Notes under the pieces: model-generated
What the model saw: only the letters and a program-made list of their open reading frames with translations
What the model was told of the DNA's origin: nothing
Databases searched by the model: none
Shown: positions 10,245 to 19,822 of the stretch, piece after piece
Layout: the number at the start of each line of letters is the position of its first letter
Position numbering within the stretch: position 1 is the stretch's first letter
Assembly (NCBI RefSeq): GCF_016903815.1
Contig: NZ_CP069973.1
Source: Escherichia coli
Lineage (GTDB): Bacteria > Pseudomonadota > Gammaproteobacteria > Enterobacterales > Enterobacteriaceae
Strand: one strand, 5' to 3'
Length of the DNA: 64,000 nucleotides
Program-made: the position numbers and the translations under genes

Positions 10245-10400
10245 AGTAAAACCTGGCATGTATTGATTAATAGTTGGCCGAAGCCGTTCTAGGTTTGCGT
10301 TGCGTTTGAGGAGGTAAATTGACCGCTATCCTGCAGTGATGTTGCCAGAGTTACGCGCGCGTAAAGTAAGGTAAATAACTGAGTGGTTATTTTAGGGACG

Positions 10401-10428
10401 TAAGCGGTCAGGAATGGCGGTGAGCGGC
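10401..10428 (-). promoter_or_regulatory. Candidate BtsR (YehT) binding site, a direct repeat upstream of btsT
   Basis: The minus strand reads GCCGCTCA-ccgccattcctg-ACCGCTTA. This resembles the published ACC[G/T]CT[C/T]A direct repeat (about 13-bp spacer) of the yjiY promoter. The match is judged from memory of the motif. Confidence 0.5.
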
Positions 10429-10563
10429 AAAGGCGTCGTTTAAGTGACCATAAATATGTGATTTATATCACATATTTATATTGCGAATAATTTATGTAAA
10501 TAATGGCTTTTTAAATTCAGGGGGTGAATAAAATTACTCGGCGTCATCTCCGCGGGATTTTCA

Positions 10564-10590
10564 TAAAGTTTTTCCTTTCCAGGCCGAAAA
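10564..10590 (+). promoter_or_regulatory. Sigma-28 (FliA) promoter of tsr
   Basis: TAAAGTTT-N11-GCCGAAAA compared with the consensus TAAAGTTT-N11-GCCGATAA. It lies about 30 bp upstream of the tsr ATG. Confidence 0.8.
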
Positions 10591-10620
10591 TCTTGCATCG
10601 GTCCACAGGAAAGAGAAACC

Positions 10621-12285
10621 ATGTTAAAACGTATCAAAATTGTGACCAGCCTACTGCTGGTTTTGGCCGTTTTTGGCCTTTTACAACTGACTTCAGGCGG
10701 TCTGTTCTTTAATGCCTTAAAGAACGACAAAGAAAATTTCACTGTTTTACAAACCATTCGCCAGCAGCAATCCACGCTGAATGGCAGCTGGGTCGCTTTG
10801 TTGCAGACGCGTAACACCCTCAACCGCGCGGGTATCCGCTACATGATGGATCAGAACAATATTGGTAGCGGTTCAACCGTTGCTGAGCTGATGCAGAGTG
10901 CCAGTATTTCGCTGAAACAGGCGGAAAAAAACTGGGCGGATTACGAAGCGTTGCCGCGTGACCCGCGTCAGAGCACCGCCGCAGCGGCAGAGATCAAACG
11001 TAATTACGATATTTATCACAATGCGCTGGCGGAGCTGATACAACTGTTAGGTGCAGGCAAAATCAACGAGTTCTTTGATCAGCCGACCCAGGGATATCAG
11101 GACGGTTTCGAGAAGCAGTATGTGGCTTACATGGAGCAAAACGATCGGCTCTATGATATCGCCGTCAGCGATAACAATGCCTCCTACAGCCAGGCGATGT
11201 GGATTCTGGTAGGCGTGATGATCGTCGTACTGGCGGTCATCCTCGCCGTCTGGTTCGGTATTAAAGCCTCGCTGGTAGCGCCAATGAATCGCCTGATTGA
11301 CAGCATTCGTCATATTGCAGGCGGCGATCTAGTGAAACCGATTGAGGTGGATGGCTCTAATGAGATGGGGCAACTGGCAGAGAGTTTGCGCCATATGCAG
11401 GGAGAGCTGATGCGTACCGTCGGTGATGTGCGCAACGGGGCCAATGCCATCTATAGCGGTGCCAGCGAAATCGCCACCGGCAATAACGATCTCTCTTCGC
11501 GCACCGAGCAACAGGCCGCTTCGCTGGAAGAGACGGCAGCCAGCATGGAGCAACTGACCGCAACGGTGAAACAGAATGCCGAAAATGCGCGCCAGGCCAG
11601 CCATCTGGCGTTAAGTGCTTCCGAAACGGCGCAACGCGGCGGCAAAGTGGTGGATAACGTGGTGCAGACCATGCGCGATATCTCCACCAGTTCGCAGAAA
11701 ATCGCCGATATTATCAGCGTAATTGACGGCATTGCCTTCCAGACCAATATTCTGGCTTTGAACGCGGCGGTTGAGGCTGCGCGTGCGGGTGAGCAAGGAC
11801 GCGGTTTTGCGGTGGTCGCGGGAGAAGTGCGTAATCTGGCCCAGCGTAGCGCTCAGGCTGCTCGTGAAATTAAAAGCCTGATTGAAGACTCGGTGGGGAA
11901 AGTGGATGTTGGCTCTACGCTGGTCGAAAGCGCCGGGGAAACAATGGCGGAGATTGTCAGTGCCGTGACCCGCGTGACGGACATTATGGGCGAAATTGCT
12001 TCTGCTTCTGATGAGCAGAGCCGTGGTATCGATCAGGTTGGCTTAGCGGTTGCTGAGATGGACCGGGTAACTCAACAGAACGCCGCGCTGGTGGAAGAAT
12101 CTGCCGCCGCCGCCGCCGCGCTGGAAGAACAGGCCAGTCGCCTGACCGAAGCAGTGGCAGTGTTCCTGATTCAGCAACAGCAGCAACAGCAGCGTGAAGC
12201 ATCGGCTGTGGTAAAAACCGTGACGCCAGCTACGCCGCGCAAAATGGCCGTGGCAGATAGCGAGGAGAACTGGGAAACGTTTTAA
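10621..12285 (+). CDS. tsr: Methyl-accepting chemotaxis protein I (serine receptor) Tsr
   Basis: 554-aa ORF with a highly conserved MCP signalling domain and the C-terminal NWETF pentapeptide. Confidence 0.96.
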   Translation: MLKRIKIVTSLLLVLAVFGLLQLTSGGLFFNALKNDKENFTVLQTIRQQQSTLNGSWVALLQTRNTLNRAGIRYMMDQNNIGSGSTVAELMQSASISLKQAEKNWADYEALPRDPRQSTAAAAEIKRNYDIYHNALAELIQLLGAGKINEFFDQPTQGYQDGFEKQYVAYMEQNDRLYDIAVSDNNASYSQAMWILVGVMIVVLAVILAVWFGIKASLVAPMNRLIDSIRHIAGGDLVKPIEVDGSNEMGQLAESLRHMQGELMRTVGDVRNGANAIYSGASEIATGNNDLSSRTEQQAASLEETAASMEQLTATVKQNAENARQASHLALSASETAQRGGKVVDNVVQTMRDISTSSQKIADIISVIDGIAFQTNILALNAAVEAARAGEQGRGFAVVAGEVRNLAQRSAQAAREIKSLIEDSVGKVDVGSTLVESAGETMAEIVSAVTRVTDIMGEIASASDEQSRGIDQVGLAVAEMDRVTQQNAALVEESAAAAAALEEQASRLTEAVAVFLIQQQQQQQREASAVVKTVTPATPRKMAVADSEENWETF

Positions 12286-12294
12286 CGTAATGAT

Positions 12295-12324
12295 GCCGGA
12301 TGAGTATTTCATCCGGCGTTTTTA
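12295..12324. terminator. Rho-independent terminator between tsr and the TRAP operon (possibly bidirectional)
   Basis: Hairpin GCCGGATGA-gtatt-TCATCCGGC followed by GTTTTTATTATT. Confidence 0.8.
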
Positions 12325-12327
12325 TTA

Positions 12328-13599
12328 TTAAACCAGGAACAGTGAAATCGCCGGGATATATGTCACCAGCATTAGCATTAACAGTAGAGCCGCCAGTAGG
12401 GGCAGGGATTGTTTAAAGAAATTTCCCACCGAAACTTGCGTGATATTACATACCAGCAGCATCACGGTACCTACCGGTGGCGTGAATGCGCCAATCGACA
12501 GGTTGAAGATCATGATGATGCCAAAATGCACCGGATCGATGCCAAAGTGTTCGACCACCGGTTTTAATAGTGGTACCAGGATCAGCAAAATGGCGTTTCC
12601 TTCCAGAAACATCCCCAGCGTCAGCAGCAATATGTTGATAATCAACAGGAACATGTATTTGTTTTCGGTCAGCGAAGTCACAAAATTCGCCACTGCGACA
12701 CCAGCATGTTCCATTGAGAAAATCCATCCCAATGCGGCGCTGGCCATGATTACCAGCATCACCGATGCGGTTGCGCGTGCCGTTTCGCCCAATGCTTTGA
12801 CGACATGAGAAATCCGCATTTCACGATAGATAAAAAAGCCAATCGCCAGCACGATTAGCACCGCTACTGCACCTGCTTCTGTTGGGGTGAAAATGTTAGC
12901 GCGAATACCACCCACCACAGCAAAAATGAGGAACAGCGCAGGCCAGGCCTGTCCCAGCGAGAACACCATCTCTTTGCCCGTAGGCCAGCTTTCACGCGAG
13001 GGTTTAGCGTTAGTTTTGCGGGCGACAAGGTAGACGGTAAACATCAGTACGACTGCGCATAGCAAACCAGGTACCAGTCCGGCGATAAACATTTTTCCGA
13101 TAGAGACATCGGCAACCAGACCGTAAATAATCAGGGCTATTCCAGGCGGTATGATCGGGGTGACTAACGAGCCACCAGCGGTAATGGCGGCGGCAAACGC
13201 GCGATTGTAGCCTTTACGTTCCATCTCCGGCACCATCATGCGCGACAGCATCGCCGCGTCAGCAAGGTTAGAGGCGCTGACGCCGCCCATCATGGTGCTG
13301 ACGAGAATGTTTGCCACGCCCAGTCCGCCGCGCATTTTCCCCACCAGAACGTTGGCAATGTGCAGGATGCGTTCGGCAATGCCGGTGTAGCTCATTAGTG
13401 TGCCGAGCAAGATAAAAAACGGAATTGCCAGCAATGATGGGCTTTGCGTTGGCGCGATTAGTCTTTGCACGGCAATTTCAATCGGTACGCTGGAGAAGAA
13501 TAAAAAGTAAGCGATGATGCCAATAAACATCGCCAGATAGACCCGAATGTTGAGAAACAAACAGACGATCATTAGCGGAATAATCAATAACCAACTCAT
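12328..13599 (-). CDS. TRAP transporter large permease (DctM family)
   Basis: 423-aa polytopic ORF. Its start overlaps the stop of the upstream small permease (ATGA). The composition is typical of DctM. Confidence 0.88.
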   Translation of the reverse strand: MSWLLIIPLMIVCLFLNIRVYLAMFIGIIAYFLFFSSVPIEIAVQRLIAPTQSPSLLAIPFFILLGTLMSYTGIAERILHIANVLVGKMRGGLGVANILVSTMMGGVSASNLADAAMLSRMMVPEMERKGYNRAFAAAITAGGSLVTPIIPPGIALIIYGLVADVSIGKMFIAGLVPGLLCAVVLMFTVYLVARKTNAKPSRESWPTGKEMVFSLGQAWPALFLIFAVVGGIRANIFTPTEAGAVAVLIVLAIGFFIYREMRISHVVKALGETARATASVMLVIMASAALGWIFSMEHAGVAVANFVTSLTENKYMFLLIINILLLTLGMFLEGNAILLILVPLLKPVVEHFGIDPVHFGIIMIFNLSIGAFTPPVGTVMLLVCNITQVSVGNFFKQSLPLLAALLLMLMLVTYIPAISLFLV

Positions 13600-14069
13600 T
13601 GCATTTTGTCTCCGCTATCGGATTGTTTTGTATCGTTTATTAACCAGTAGAGGGTATAAATAGCCGTTGCCAGTGCGCCGACAGGGACCGCCAGATCGAT
13701 CCAGAACCAGGAAACTTTCAGAATTTGTGTCACTTTAAACTGCGCCATTTCGGCTAGTCGGTAGCCCAGCCAGGCCATATAAAGCAGCAGTGCGATGGAG
13801 AGAAGGGCGACCAGTACTGCAATAACACGCCTGAGTTTGCCTGGAAGCATCTCCATCAGGAAGGGAATGGTCAGGTGCGCCCTGTCACGTTCCGCCACCA
13901 CTCCACCTAACATCACCACCCAAATCATCAGCATTCCCGACATTTCTTCTGTCCATTGAAGCGGTTGGCCGATGAAATAACGCATAAATACCGCTCCAAT
14001 TGTCACCACAACCAGAACGAATAGCGCAAAGGCAGCACTAAATTCTGCCACTTTGCCAAAAAGACGCAT
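13596..14069 (-). CDS. TRAP transporter small permease (DctQ family)
   Basis: 157-aa ORF with four hydrophobic segments, located between the DctP-like and DctM-like genes. Confidence 0.85.
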   Translation of the reverse strand: MRLFGKVAEFSAAFALFVLVVVTIGAVFMRYFIGQPLQWTEEMSGMLMIWVVMLGGVVAERDRAHLTIPFLMEMLPGKLRRVIAVLVALLSIALLLYMAWLGYRLAEMAQFKVTQILKVSWFWIDLAVPVGALATAIYTLYWLINDTKQSDSGDKMQ

Positions 14070-14132
14070 GAAACCTCCTGTTAGTGCGTGTCCTGCCTAA
14101 GAGAGATGAGGCAGGACGCTGAGCATTAATGC

Positions 14133-15104
14133 TTATTGCAGTTGCTGTTGAATGGTTTCGTACAGACCTGGTGTCCATTCCGGGAATTGAGAGTAAACTT
14201 CGCGTGCTTTCTTCTGGAATGGTCCAGTATCGGGATAGATCACTTCGACGCCGGCTGCCTGCATGGTTTTCAACATTTCGGCATCACGCTCAAGAGTGAG
14301 TTTCTGGCTATAGACACCCGCTTCATAGCCGGTCTGGTGGATCATCTCCAGTTGTTCTGGTGAAAGGGTGCTAAAGAAGGCTTCACCACCTATCCACACT
14401 GAGGTATTTGTCAGGTAGTTAACCATTGTCAGATATCTTGCCTGCTCATACAGTTTTTGCCCTTGCAGCACTGAAATTGGGTTTTCTACGCCGTCAATAA
14501 CGCCCTGGGTTAATGCGGGATAAACTTCGCCTAATGGCATGGGAGTTGGTGTTGCCCCCATCGCCTGAATGGCTTTTATTTGCATGACGTTATTAGGAAC
14601 GCGAATTTTTAAACCTGCGAGATCGTCAACGGTGCGAATGGGTTTTTTCGAAATAATCTGTCGAGTGCCATAGAGATAATTATTCATTACCACATGAATT
14701 CCCTTTTTCTTCAGACTTTCATTTTTTTGTTTAAACCAGTCGCTTTCATATATTTTGAACAGTTTTTGCGGATCGTCAGTCAGATACGGTCCAAACAAAA
14801 TCCCCAAATCGGGTTCATAATCGGCAAGAAAAGCCACATCACTCAAGGTTATGACATTCATGCCCATCATGGCTTGCTCGGTGACATCCTGTTTTGATCC
14901 CAATTGGGAGCTGGGATAGAGCGCAAGTGTTATTTCGCCATTACTTTTTTTATTTAATAGGTCTGCCCAGTAACGCATGACCACATCCAGGGGTTCTCCA
15001 GGGTTATTTTCATAGGCAACTTTTATTGAAATAGGTTTTGCCTGGATTATTGACGGTAAAAAAAGGGTACTGACAGTAATTAGCATCGCTATTATTTTGC
15101 TCAT
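14133..15104 (-). CDS. TRAP transporter periplasmic solute-binding protein (DctP family)
   Basis: 323-aa ORF with a signal peptide (MSKIIAMLITVSTLFLPSIIQA) and DctP-family features, including the conserved Arg in YGTRQI. Confidence 0.88.
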   Translation of the reverse strand: MSKIIAMLITVSTLFLPSIIQAKPISIKVAYENNPGEPLDVVMRYWADLLNKKSNGEITLALYPSSQLGSKQDVTEQAMMGMNVITLSDVAFLADYEPDLGILFGPYLTDDPQKLFKIYESDWFKQKNESLKKKGIHVVMNNYLYGTRQIISKKPIRTVDDLAGLKIRVPNNVMQIKAIQAMGATPTPMPLGEVYPALTQGVIDGVENPISVLQGQKLYEQARYLTMVNYLTNTSVWIGGEAFFSTLSPEQLEMIHQTGYEAGVYSQKLTLERDAEMLKTMQAAGVEVIYPDTGPFQKKAREVYSQFPEWTPGLYETIQQQLQ

Positions 15105-15451
15105 CTTTACTTACTCCATGCTAAGGAAATAAAACTCCAACATTGTTGTCGGGAGTGAAACCTTATGAAAAAGCAGTCATTACTGAAAAGTAGTCAGCGA
15201 ATAGCAGAATGGCTGCAGATGTATCATAAATTCGTGCACCGGGTAATACTTTGCTGCTTTTAATCGGTTTTTAATGCATTTTTTGATTGTATATCTTAAA
15301 GTTATGTAATGCATGACGTTACAAGGAACACCCTCTGATGAGTTTAGTTACCGCTGATAAGATCTCTTATTCTGTTGATGATTTATTAAAAATAAAATCA
15401 TTAATTTGGCTGCGGCCATTTTAAATTGTCAATACAGATAAAAACTAAGTG

Positions 15452-15480
15452 TTGACGCAGAATGGTGGTATCCATTAAAT
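15452..15480 (+). promoter_or_regulatory. Candidate sigma-70 promoter facing the Na+/H+ exchanger gene
   Basis: TTGACG-N17-TTAAAT. A perfect TATAAT also occurs at 15514-15519. This is a prediction only. Confidence 0.35.
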
Positions 15481-15773
15481 TTATTTAGTGCTGATTTAAT
15501 ACATTTGCTGAACGTATAATTCATGCTGATATTAAAAGAAAACCGTCATTCACTAAATAACTTGTTCGGCAAGGAAATCAGAGAGTAACGGATGATTCGT
15601 TACAACGGGGAAAGGCAGTAAATATTCACGTGGTGAATTTGTTATCAACTTGAAAACTCATTTTACTGGGTTCCTTCTGATCATGTGAGTGAACGCAGTG
15701 ATTAATGATTAACGTTAAGTGCTAACCAGAGCGCTTTTTATGAAGTTAAATTAATAATATCCATTATTTATGA

Positions 15774-17447
15774 ATGAGGAAGCCTGTTTATTATATGGAA
15801 ATACTTTTAACAATTTTAATTCTTACGTTGGTAGTATCATTAACCAGCGTGCTTACACGTCTGTCTCCTGTCCAGATACCACTTCCTTTAATCCAGATTG
15901 CCGCTGGCGCAGTACTGGCCCAGCCTATATTTGGTCTGCATGTGGAATTCAATCCTGAACTTTTTCTCTTATTGTTTATACCACCCCTGTTGTTTGCTGA
16001 AAGTTCAAAAATACAACCTAAAGAATTGATCAAGCACAGCCGGGAAATTATCAGCCTGGCACTTGTGTTGGTACTAATCACTATTTTTGGTGTCGGCTAT
16101 GTGATTCATTTACTCTTACCGAATGTGCCGCTCATCGCTGCTTTCGCATTAGCCGCCGTGTTGTCGCCTACCGATGCCGTGGCGTTGCTGGGGATTGTCG
16201 GGAAAGGGCGTATCAGCAAAAACATCCAGGAAGTGCTCGAAGGCGAAGCGTTGATGAATGATGCTTCCGGCCTGGTGGCGTTGAAATTTGCTGTTGCAGT
16301 GACGATGGGAACGATGGAATTCAGCGTTCATGGCGCAACCATTGCGTTTTTTGTCGTTGCGTTGGGCGGTATTGCCGTGGGGATCGCTGTTACCTGGTTA
16401 TATGGTAAAGGGCTGCTGTTGATCAGCCGATATGCTCACGATGAACCTTCCATTCAGATTGTATTGATGCTTCTGTTGCCGTTTATTGTTTATCTGGTTG
16501 CGGAACATTTTGGCTTATCTGGCATTCTTGCCGCTGTCGCCGCGGGGTTAACAACCAGTCGCATTGGTGTAGTCCACCACGCGCCTATTCGCCTGAGAAT
16601 TAAAGCTAAAAGTAGCTGGTCGATGCTTGAATATGTCTTTAACGGCATGGTGTTTCTGATTTTAGGCTTACAACTGCCGGGCATTATTTCGGAATCACTG
16701 ATCCGTGCAGAAAACGATCCACTGGTGGACACCGGATCGCTGCTCCTTGATGTCATTTGGATCTACCTGGCGTTAATGGTTGTGCGCCTGGGCTGGCTTT
16801 GGCTGATGCGTCTGTATAGCCGTAAACGACCCGGCAAACATCCGATGCTGTTTGCTGGATATAAAACGCGTCATATGCTGCTGGCGACCTTTGCGGGGGT
16901 GCGCGGAGCTATCACGCTTGCGGGGGTGCTTTCTATCCCGTTATTGCTGCCGGATGGCACACCTTTTCCCGGGCGTTACTTGCTGGTATTTCTCGCCACA
17001 GGTGTGATCCTCTTTTCGCTGGTTTGCGGCATTATTATTCTGCCGTTATTACTGGGGAAAAATGTGGGGATTTTCAGCGATAACCGACAAAAAGAAGAGG
17101 AAGCTGCCGATCTGTTTATGGCTAAAATGGCCATACTGAGTGTGCAAAAGACCGAGCAACGTTTGCTGCGCGCCAGAACAGAAAACCTCGATAACGAGTT
17201 GATTATGGAAACGGGGGCCAGAGTTATCGGTTATATGCGACATAGTGAAGAGGATATGTCGCCTAATGATAATTCCCTGCATATGCAGCGTGCGAAGCTG
17301 GAAAGAACATTTAATCTGGCGGCGTTAAATGCCAAACGCGCGGCTATTTACCAGATGCGCGCAAGGCAAGAAGTCAGTGATGAAACACTGGCAAAAATAG
17401 TCAGTGAATTAGATGTGCTGGAAACGTTAATCATGGATAGCCGATAA
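15774..17447 (+). CDS. CPA1-family Na+/H+ exchanger, YjcE paralogue
   Basis: 557-aa ORF (alternative start at ATG 15795, MEILLTILILTLVVSL). There are long identical stretches to E. coli YjcE as I recall it (FGLHVEFxPELF, LSPTDAVAL, EGEALMNDASGLV, FAGVRGAITLAGVLSIPLLLP). Confidence 0.88.
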   Translation: MRKPVYYMEILLTILILTLVVSLTSVLTRLSPVQIPLPLIQIAAGAVLAQPIFGLHVEFNPELFLLLFIPPLLFAESSKIQPKELIKHSREIISLALVLVLITIFGVGYVIHLLLPNVPLIAAFALAAVLSPTDAVALLGIVGKGRISKNIQEVLEGEALMNDASGLVALKFAVAVTMGTMEFSVHGATIAFFVVALGGIAVGIAVTWLYGKGLLLISRYAHDEPSIQIVLMLLLPFIVYLVAEHFGLSGILAAVAAGLTTSRIGVVHHAPIRLRIKAKSSWSMLEYVFNGMVFLILGLQLPGIISESLIRAENDPLVDTGSLLLDVIWIYLALMVVRLGWLWLMRLYSRKRPGKHPMLFAGYKTRHMLLATFAGVRGAITLAGVLSIPLLLPDGTPFPGRYLLVFLATGVILFSLVCGIIILPLLLGKNVGIFSDNRQKEEEAADLFMAKMAILSVQKTEQRLLRARTENLDNELIMETGARVIGYMRHSEEDMSPNDNSLHMQRAKLERTFNLAALNAKRAAIYQMRARQEVSDETLAKIVSELDVLETLIMDSR

Positions 17448-17463
17448 TTTTATCGCTGCCAGT

Positions 17464-17519
17464 AATAGGGAATTAAATGATGGCTGAGAGTAATACTTCC
17501 AGCATCGTTTATTCCCTAT
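17464..17519. terminator. Compound hairpin between the convergent exchanger gene and lgoR
   Basis: AATAGGGAAT ... ATTCCCTAT outer stem with an inner GATGGCTG...CAGCATC stem. There is no clear U-tract. Confidence 0.35.
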
Positions 17520-17617
17520 GTATTTCCTTATGGGCAGAACAATCGCCTGGATTAATACTGCATTAATACAACATAGTGATATAAACCAAGAATCAATGTT
17601 TTTAATCTGTACTTAAT

Positions 17618-18523
17618 TTATCGGTGATGTTGCCTGATGGAACGAATCATTGATTGTTTGGCGGTATCCAGATGGTTTCGCAACGCCGTTATTGCATCTA
17701 AATCGCTACGGCAAATCAGGGCGCTGAGAATGGTCATATGTTCATCAACAGCAATGATATTGCGCTGTTTGAGATCGCTTTCATCCCATTGATAGTGAAA
17801 ATGAAAGATCACCGATATAATTTCAAGTGATTGATTAAAAAAGATGTTGTCAGCAGCGGATAACAGCATGGCATGAAAATCACGGTCTAATTGAGAAAAC
17901 ATTCGAAAGTTGCTGCCAATGCTGTCGCGCAATGTCCTGTGACGTTCGAGCATGGTTTTCGCCTGCAACCAGCGAGGGTCATCATCGGGAAGGTTGAGAA
18001 AGTGTTGCAGGGAATGTGTTTCGAGCATTTCGCGTAGCTCAAACAGCTGCTCGGCGTAGGATTGATCGAACTGCTTCATGCTCCATTGGCCGCGCTTTTC
18101 GCTTTGAATAAGATTATAACGACCGAATTTCAAAAGATATTCTCGTACCACTACCGGACTGACGCTTGCCGCTCGCGCCAGCTGAAGTTCGGAAAAGCTT
18201 TCTCCGGCGCGTAACTGGCGCAGGTTAATCATGGTGAAAAATGCCTGCTCGAAAAGACGGTTTTGCTCTTTCAGCGAGGCCGTGATGCAATCAAATCCAT
18301 CGTTCTGTTCGGGTTTGCGGGCGATAACATAATTTTTCCCCACCAGGGTGAGCACGCCACATGCGCTTAAATGCTGGAGTATGTGGCGTACCGTAGTGCG
18401 ACTGATGTTATACATTTCTGCCAGTCCGCTTTGTGAAGGCAGCGGAGAAGGAATATTGCCCCTCGCCATATCTTCAATCACCTGATTTATGACGCTATGA
18501 CGTAAATTCTGCGAACGACTCAT
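17618..18523 (-). CDS. lgoR: GntR/FadR-family regulator of L-galactonate catabolism LgoR (YjjM)
   Basis: 301-aa ORF with an N-terminal winged HTH (GLAEMYNISRTTVRHILQHL). It is divergent from lgoD. Confidence 0.9.
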   Translation of the reverse strand: MSRSQNLRHSVINQVIEDMARGNIPSPLPSQSGLAEMYNISRTTVRHILQHLSACGVLTLVGKNYVIARKPEQNDGFDCITASLKEQNRLFEQAFFTMINLRQLRAGESFSELQLARAASVSPVVVREYLLKFGRYNLIQSEKRGQWSMKQFDQSYAEQLFELREMLETHSLQHFLNLPDDDPRWLQAKTMLERHRTLRDSIGSNFRMFSQLDRDFHAMLLSAADNIFFNQSLEIISVIFHFHYQWDESDLKQRNIIAVDEHMTILSALICRSDLDAITALRNHLDTAKQSMIRSIRQHHR

Positions 18524-18661
18524 TCTTCCCTCCAGTCCGGCATTAAAAGCCGATTTAAAACATTTTTATGCGCGATCATCCGCATATTTTATGGGTAAAT
18601 TCAGGCGCTCTTATAAATTCGACGATATCTGAAAGTCATAAAATAAAAGGAGCGGTGAATC

Positions 18662-19684
18662 ATGTCCACAATGAAAGTATTAATTTGTCAGGAAATAAAG
18701 AATTTAGTATGGGAAGTCCGGGAAAGACCGGTGCCAGGCGATAATGAAGCATTAATTAAAATTAAAACTGTCGGGATTTGCGGTACAGATATTCATGCCT
18801 GGGCGGGCAATCAGCCATTTTTTAGTTATCCACGCGTTTTAGGCCATGAAATATGTGGGGAGATTATTGAATCAGGAAAAAACATTCACAATTTTAATAT
18901 CGGACAGCAAGTTGCGGTAATTCCGTATATTTCTTGTCAGCAATGCCCGGCGTGTAAAAGCGGTCGTACCAATTGCTGTGAAAAAATTTCAGTCATTGGC
19001 GTGCATCAGGATGGCGGTTTTAGTGAGTATTTGAGCGTGCCGGTGGCGAACATTTTGCCCGCAGACGGTATTGACCCGCAGGCGGCAGCATTGATTGAAC
19101 CTTTCGCTATTAGCGCTCATGCGGTGCGTCGTGCCGCCATTGCACCCAGCGAGCAGGTGCTGGTGGTCGGGGCGGGGCCAATCGGTCTGGGCGCGGCGGC
19201 AATCGCTAAAGCCGATGGCGCGCAGGTGGTGGTGGCGGATACCAGTCCGGCGCGTCGTGAACATGTGGCAACGCGTCTGGAATTACCTGTTCTGGACCCG
19301 TCAGCCGAAGATTTTGACGCGCAGCTGCGGGCGCAGTTTGGTGGTTCGCTGGCGCAGAAAGTGATTGACGCGACAGGTAATCAACATGCGATGAATAACA
19401 CCGTAAATCTGATTCGTCACGGCGGCACGGTGGTATTTGTCGGCCTGTTTAAAGGTGAGTTGCAGTTCTCCGATCCGGAATTCCATAAAAAAGAAACGAC
19501 GATGATGGGCAGCCGCAACGCCACGCCGGAAGATTTCGCTAAAGTCGGTCGATTGATGGCGGAAGGGAAAATCACTGCCGACATGATGTTAACCCATCGC
19601 TATCCGTTCGCCACGCTGGCAGAAACCTACGAGCGCGATGTGATTAACAATCGTGAGTTGATTAAGGGTGTAATTACTTTCTGA
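18662..19684 (+). CDS. lgoD: L-galactonate-5-dehydrogenase LgoD (YjjN), Zn-dependent MDR family
   Basis: 340-aa ORF with Zn-ADH motifs (GICGTDIH, GHEICGEI) and a GAGPIGLG Rossmann fold. Confidence 0.92.
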   Translation: MSTMKVLICQEIKNLVWEVRERPVPGDNEALIKIKTVGICGTDIHAWAGNQPFFSYPRVLGHEICGEIIESGKNIHNFNIGQQVAVIPYISCQQCPACKSGRTNCCEKISVIGVHQDGGFSEYLSVPVANILPADGIDPQAAALIEPFAISAHAVRRAAIAPSEQVLVVGAGPIGLGAAAIAKADGAQVVVADTSPARREHVATRLELPVLDPSAEDFDAQLRAQFGGSLAQKVIDATGNQHAMNNTVNLIRHGGTVVFVGLFKGELQFSDPEFHKKETTMMGSRNATPEDFAKVGRLMAEGKITADMMLTHRYPFATLAETYERDVINNRELIKGVITF

Positions 19685-19710
19685 TAAGGCGAGATTATTA
19701 AAGTTGCCAT

Positions 19711-19746
19711 GCAGCGTCCGGGGAAGTGTTGGGCGCTGTTTTTTTC
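19711..19746 (+). terminator. Rho-independent terminator after lgoD
   Basis: GCAGCGTCC...GGGCGCTG hairpin followed by T7. Confidence 0.7.
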
Positions 19747-19764
19747 TGTTTCTCAATGATGTTT

Positions 19765-19812
19765 TGTAGGCCGGAGAAGGTGTGTAGGTCGCACCTTATG
19801 CGACCTACACAT
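19765..19812. repeat. REP-like palindromic units
   Basis: TGTAGGCCGGAGAAGG followed by TGTAGGTCGCACCTTATGCGACCTACA. Confidence 0.7.
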
Positions 19813-19822
19813 CAGTCAGGAA

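Noticed and set aside
15226-15234. The 9-mer ATAAATTCG shared between the TRAP upstream region and the lgoR-lgoD intergenic region (18613-18621), as a possible common LgoR operator
   Set aside because: One shared AT-rich 9-mer between a 669-bp and a 138-bp region is about what chance predicts. It is not palindromic and does not resemble a FadR/GntR-type operator.
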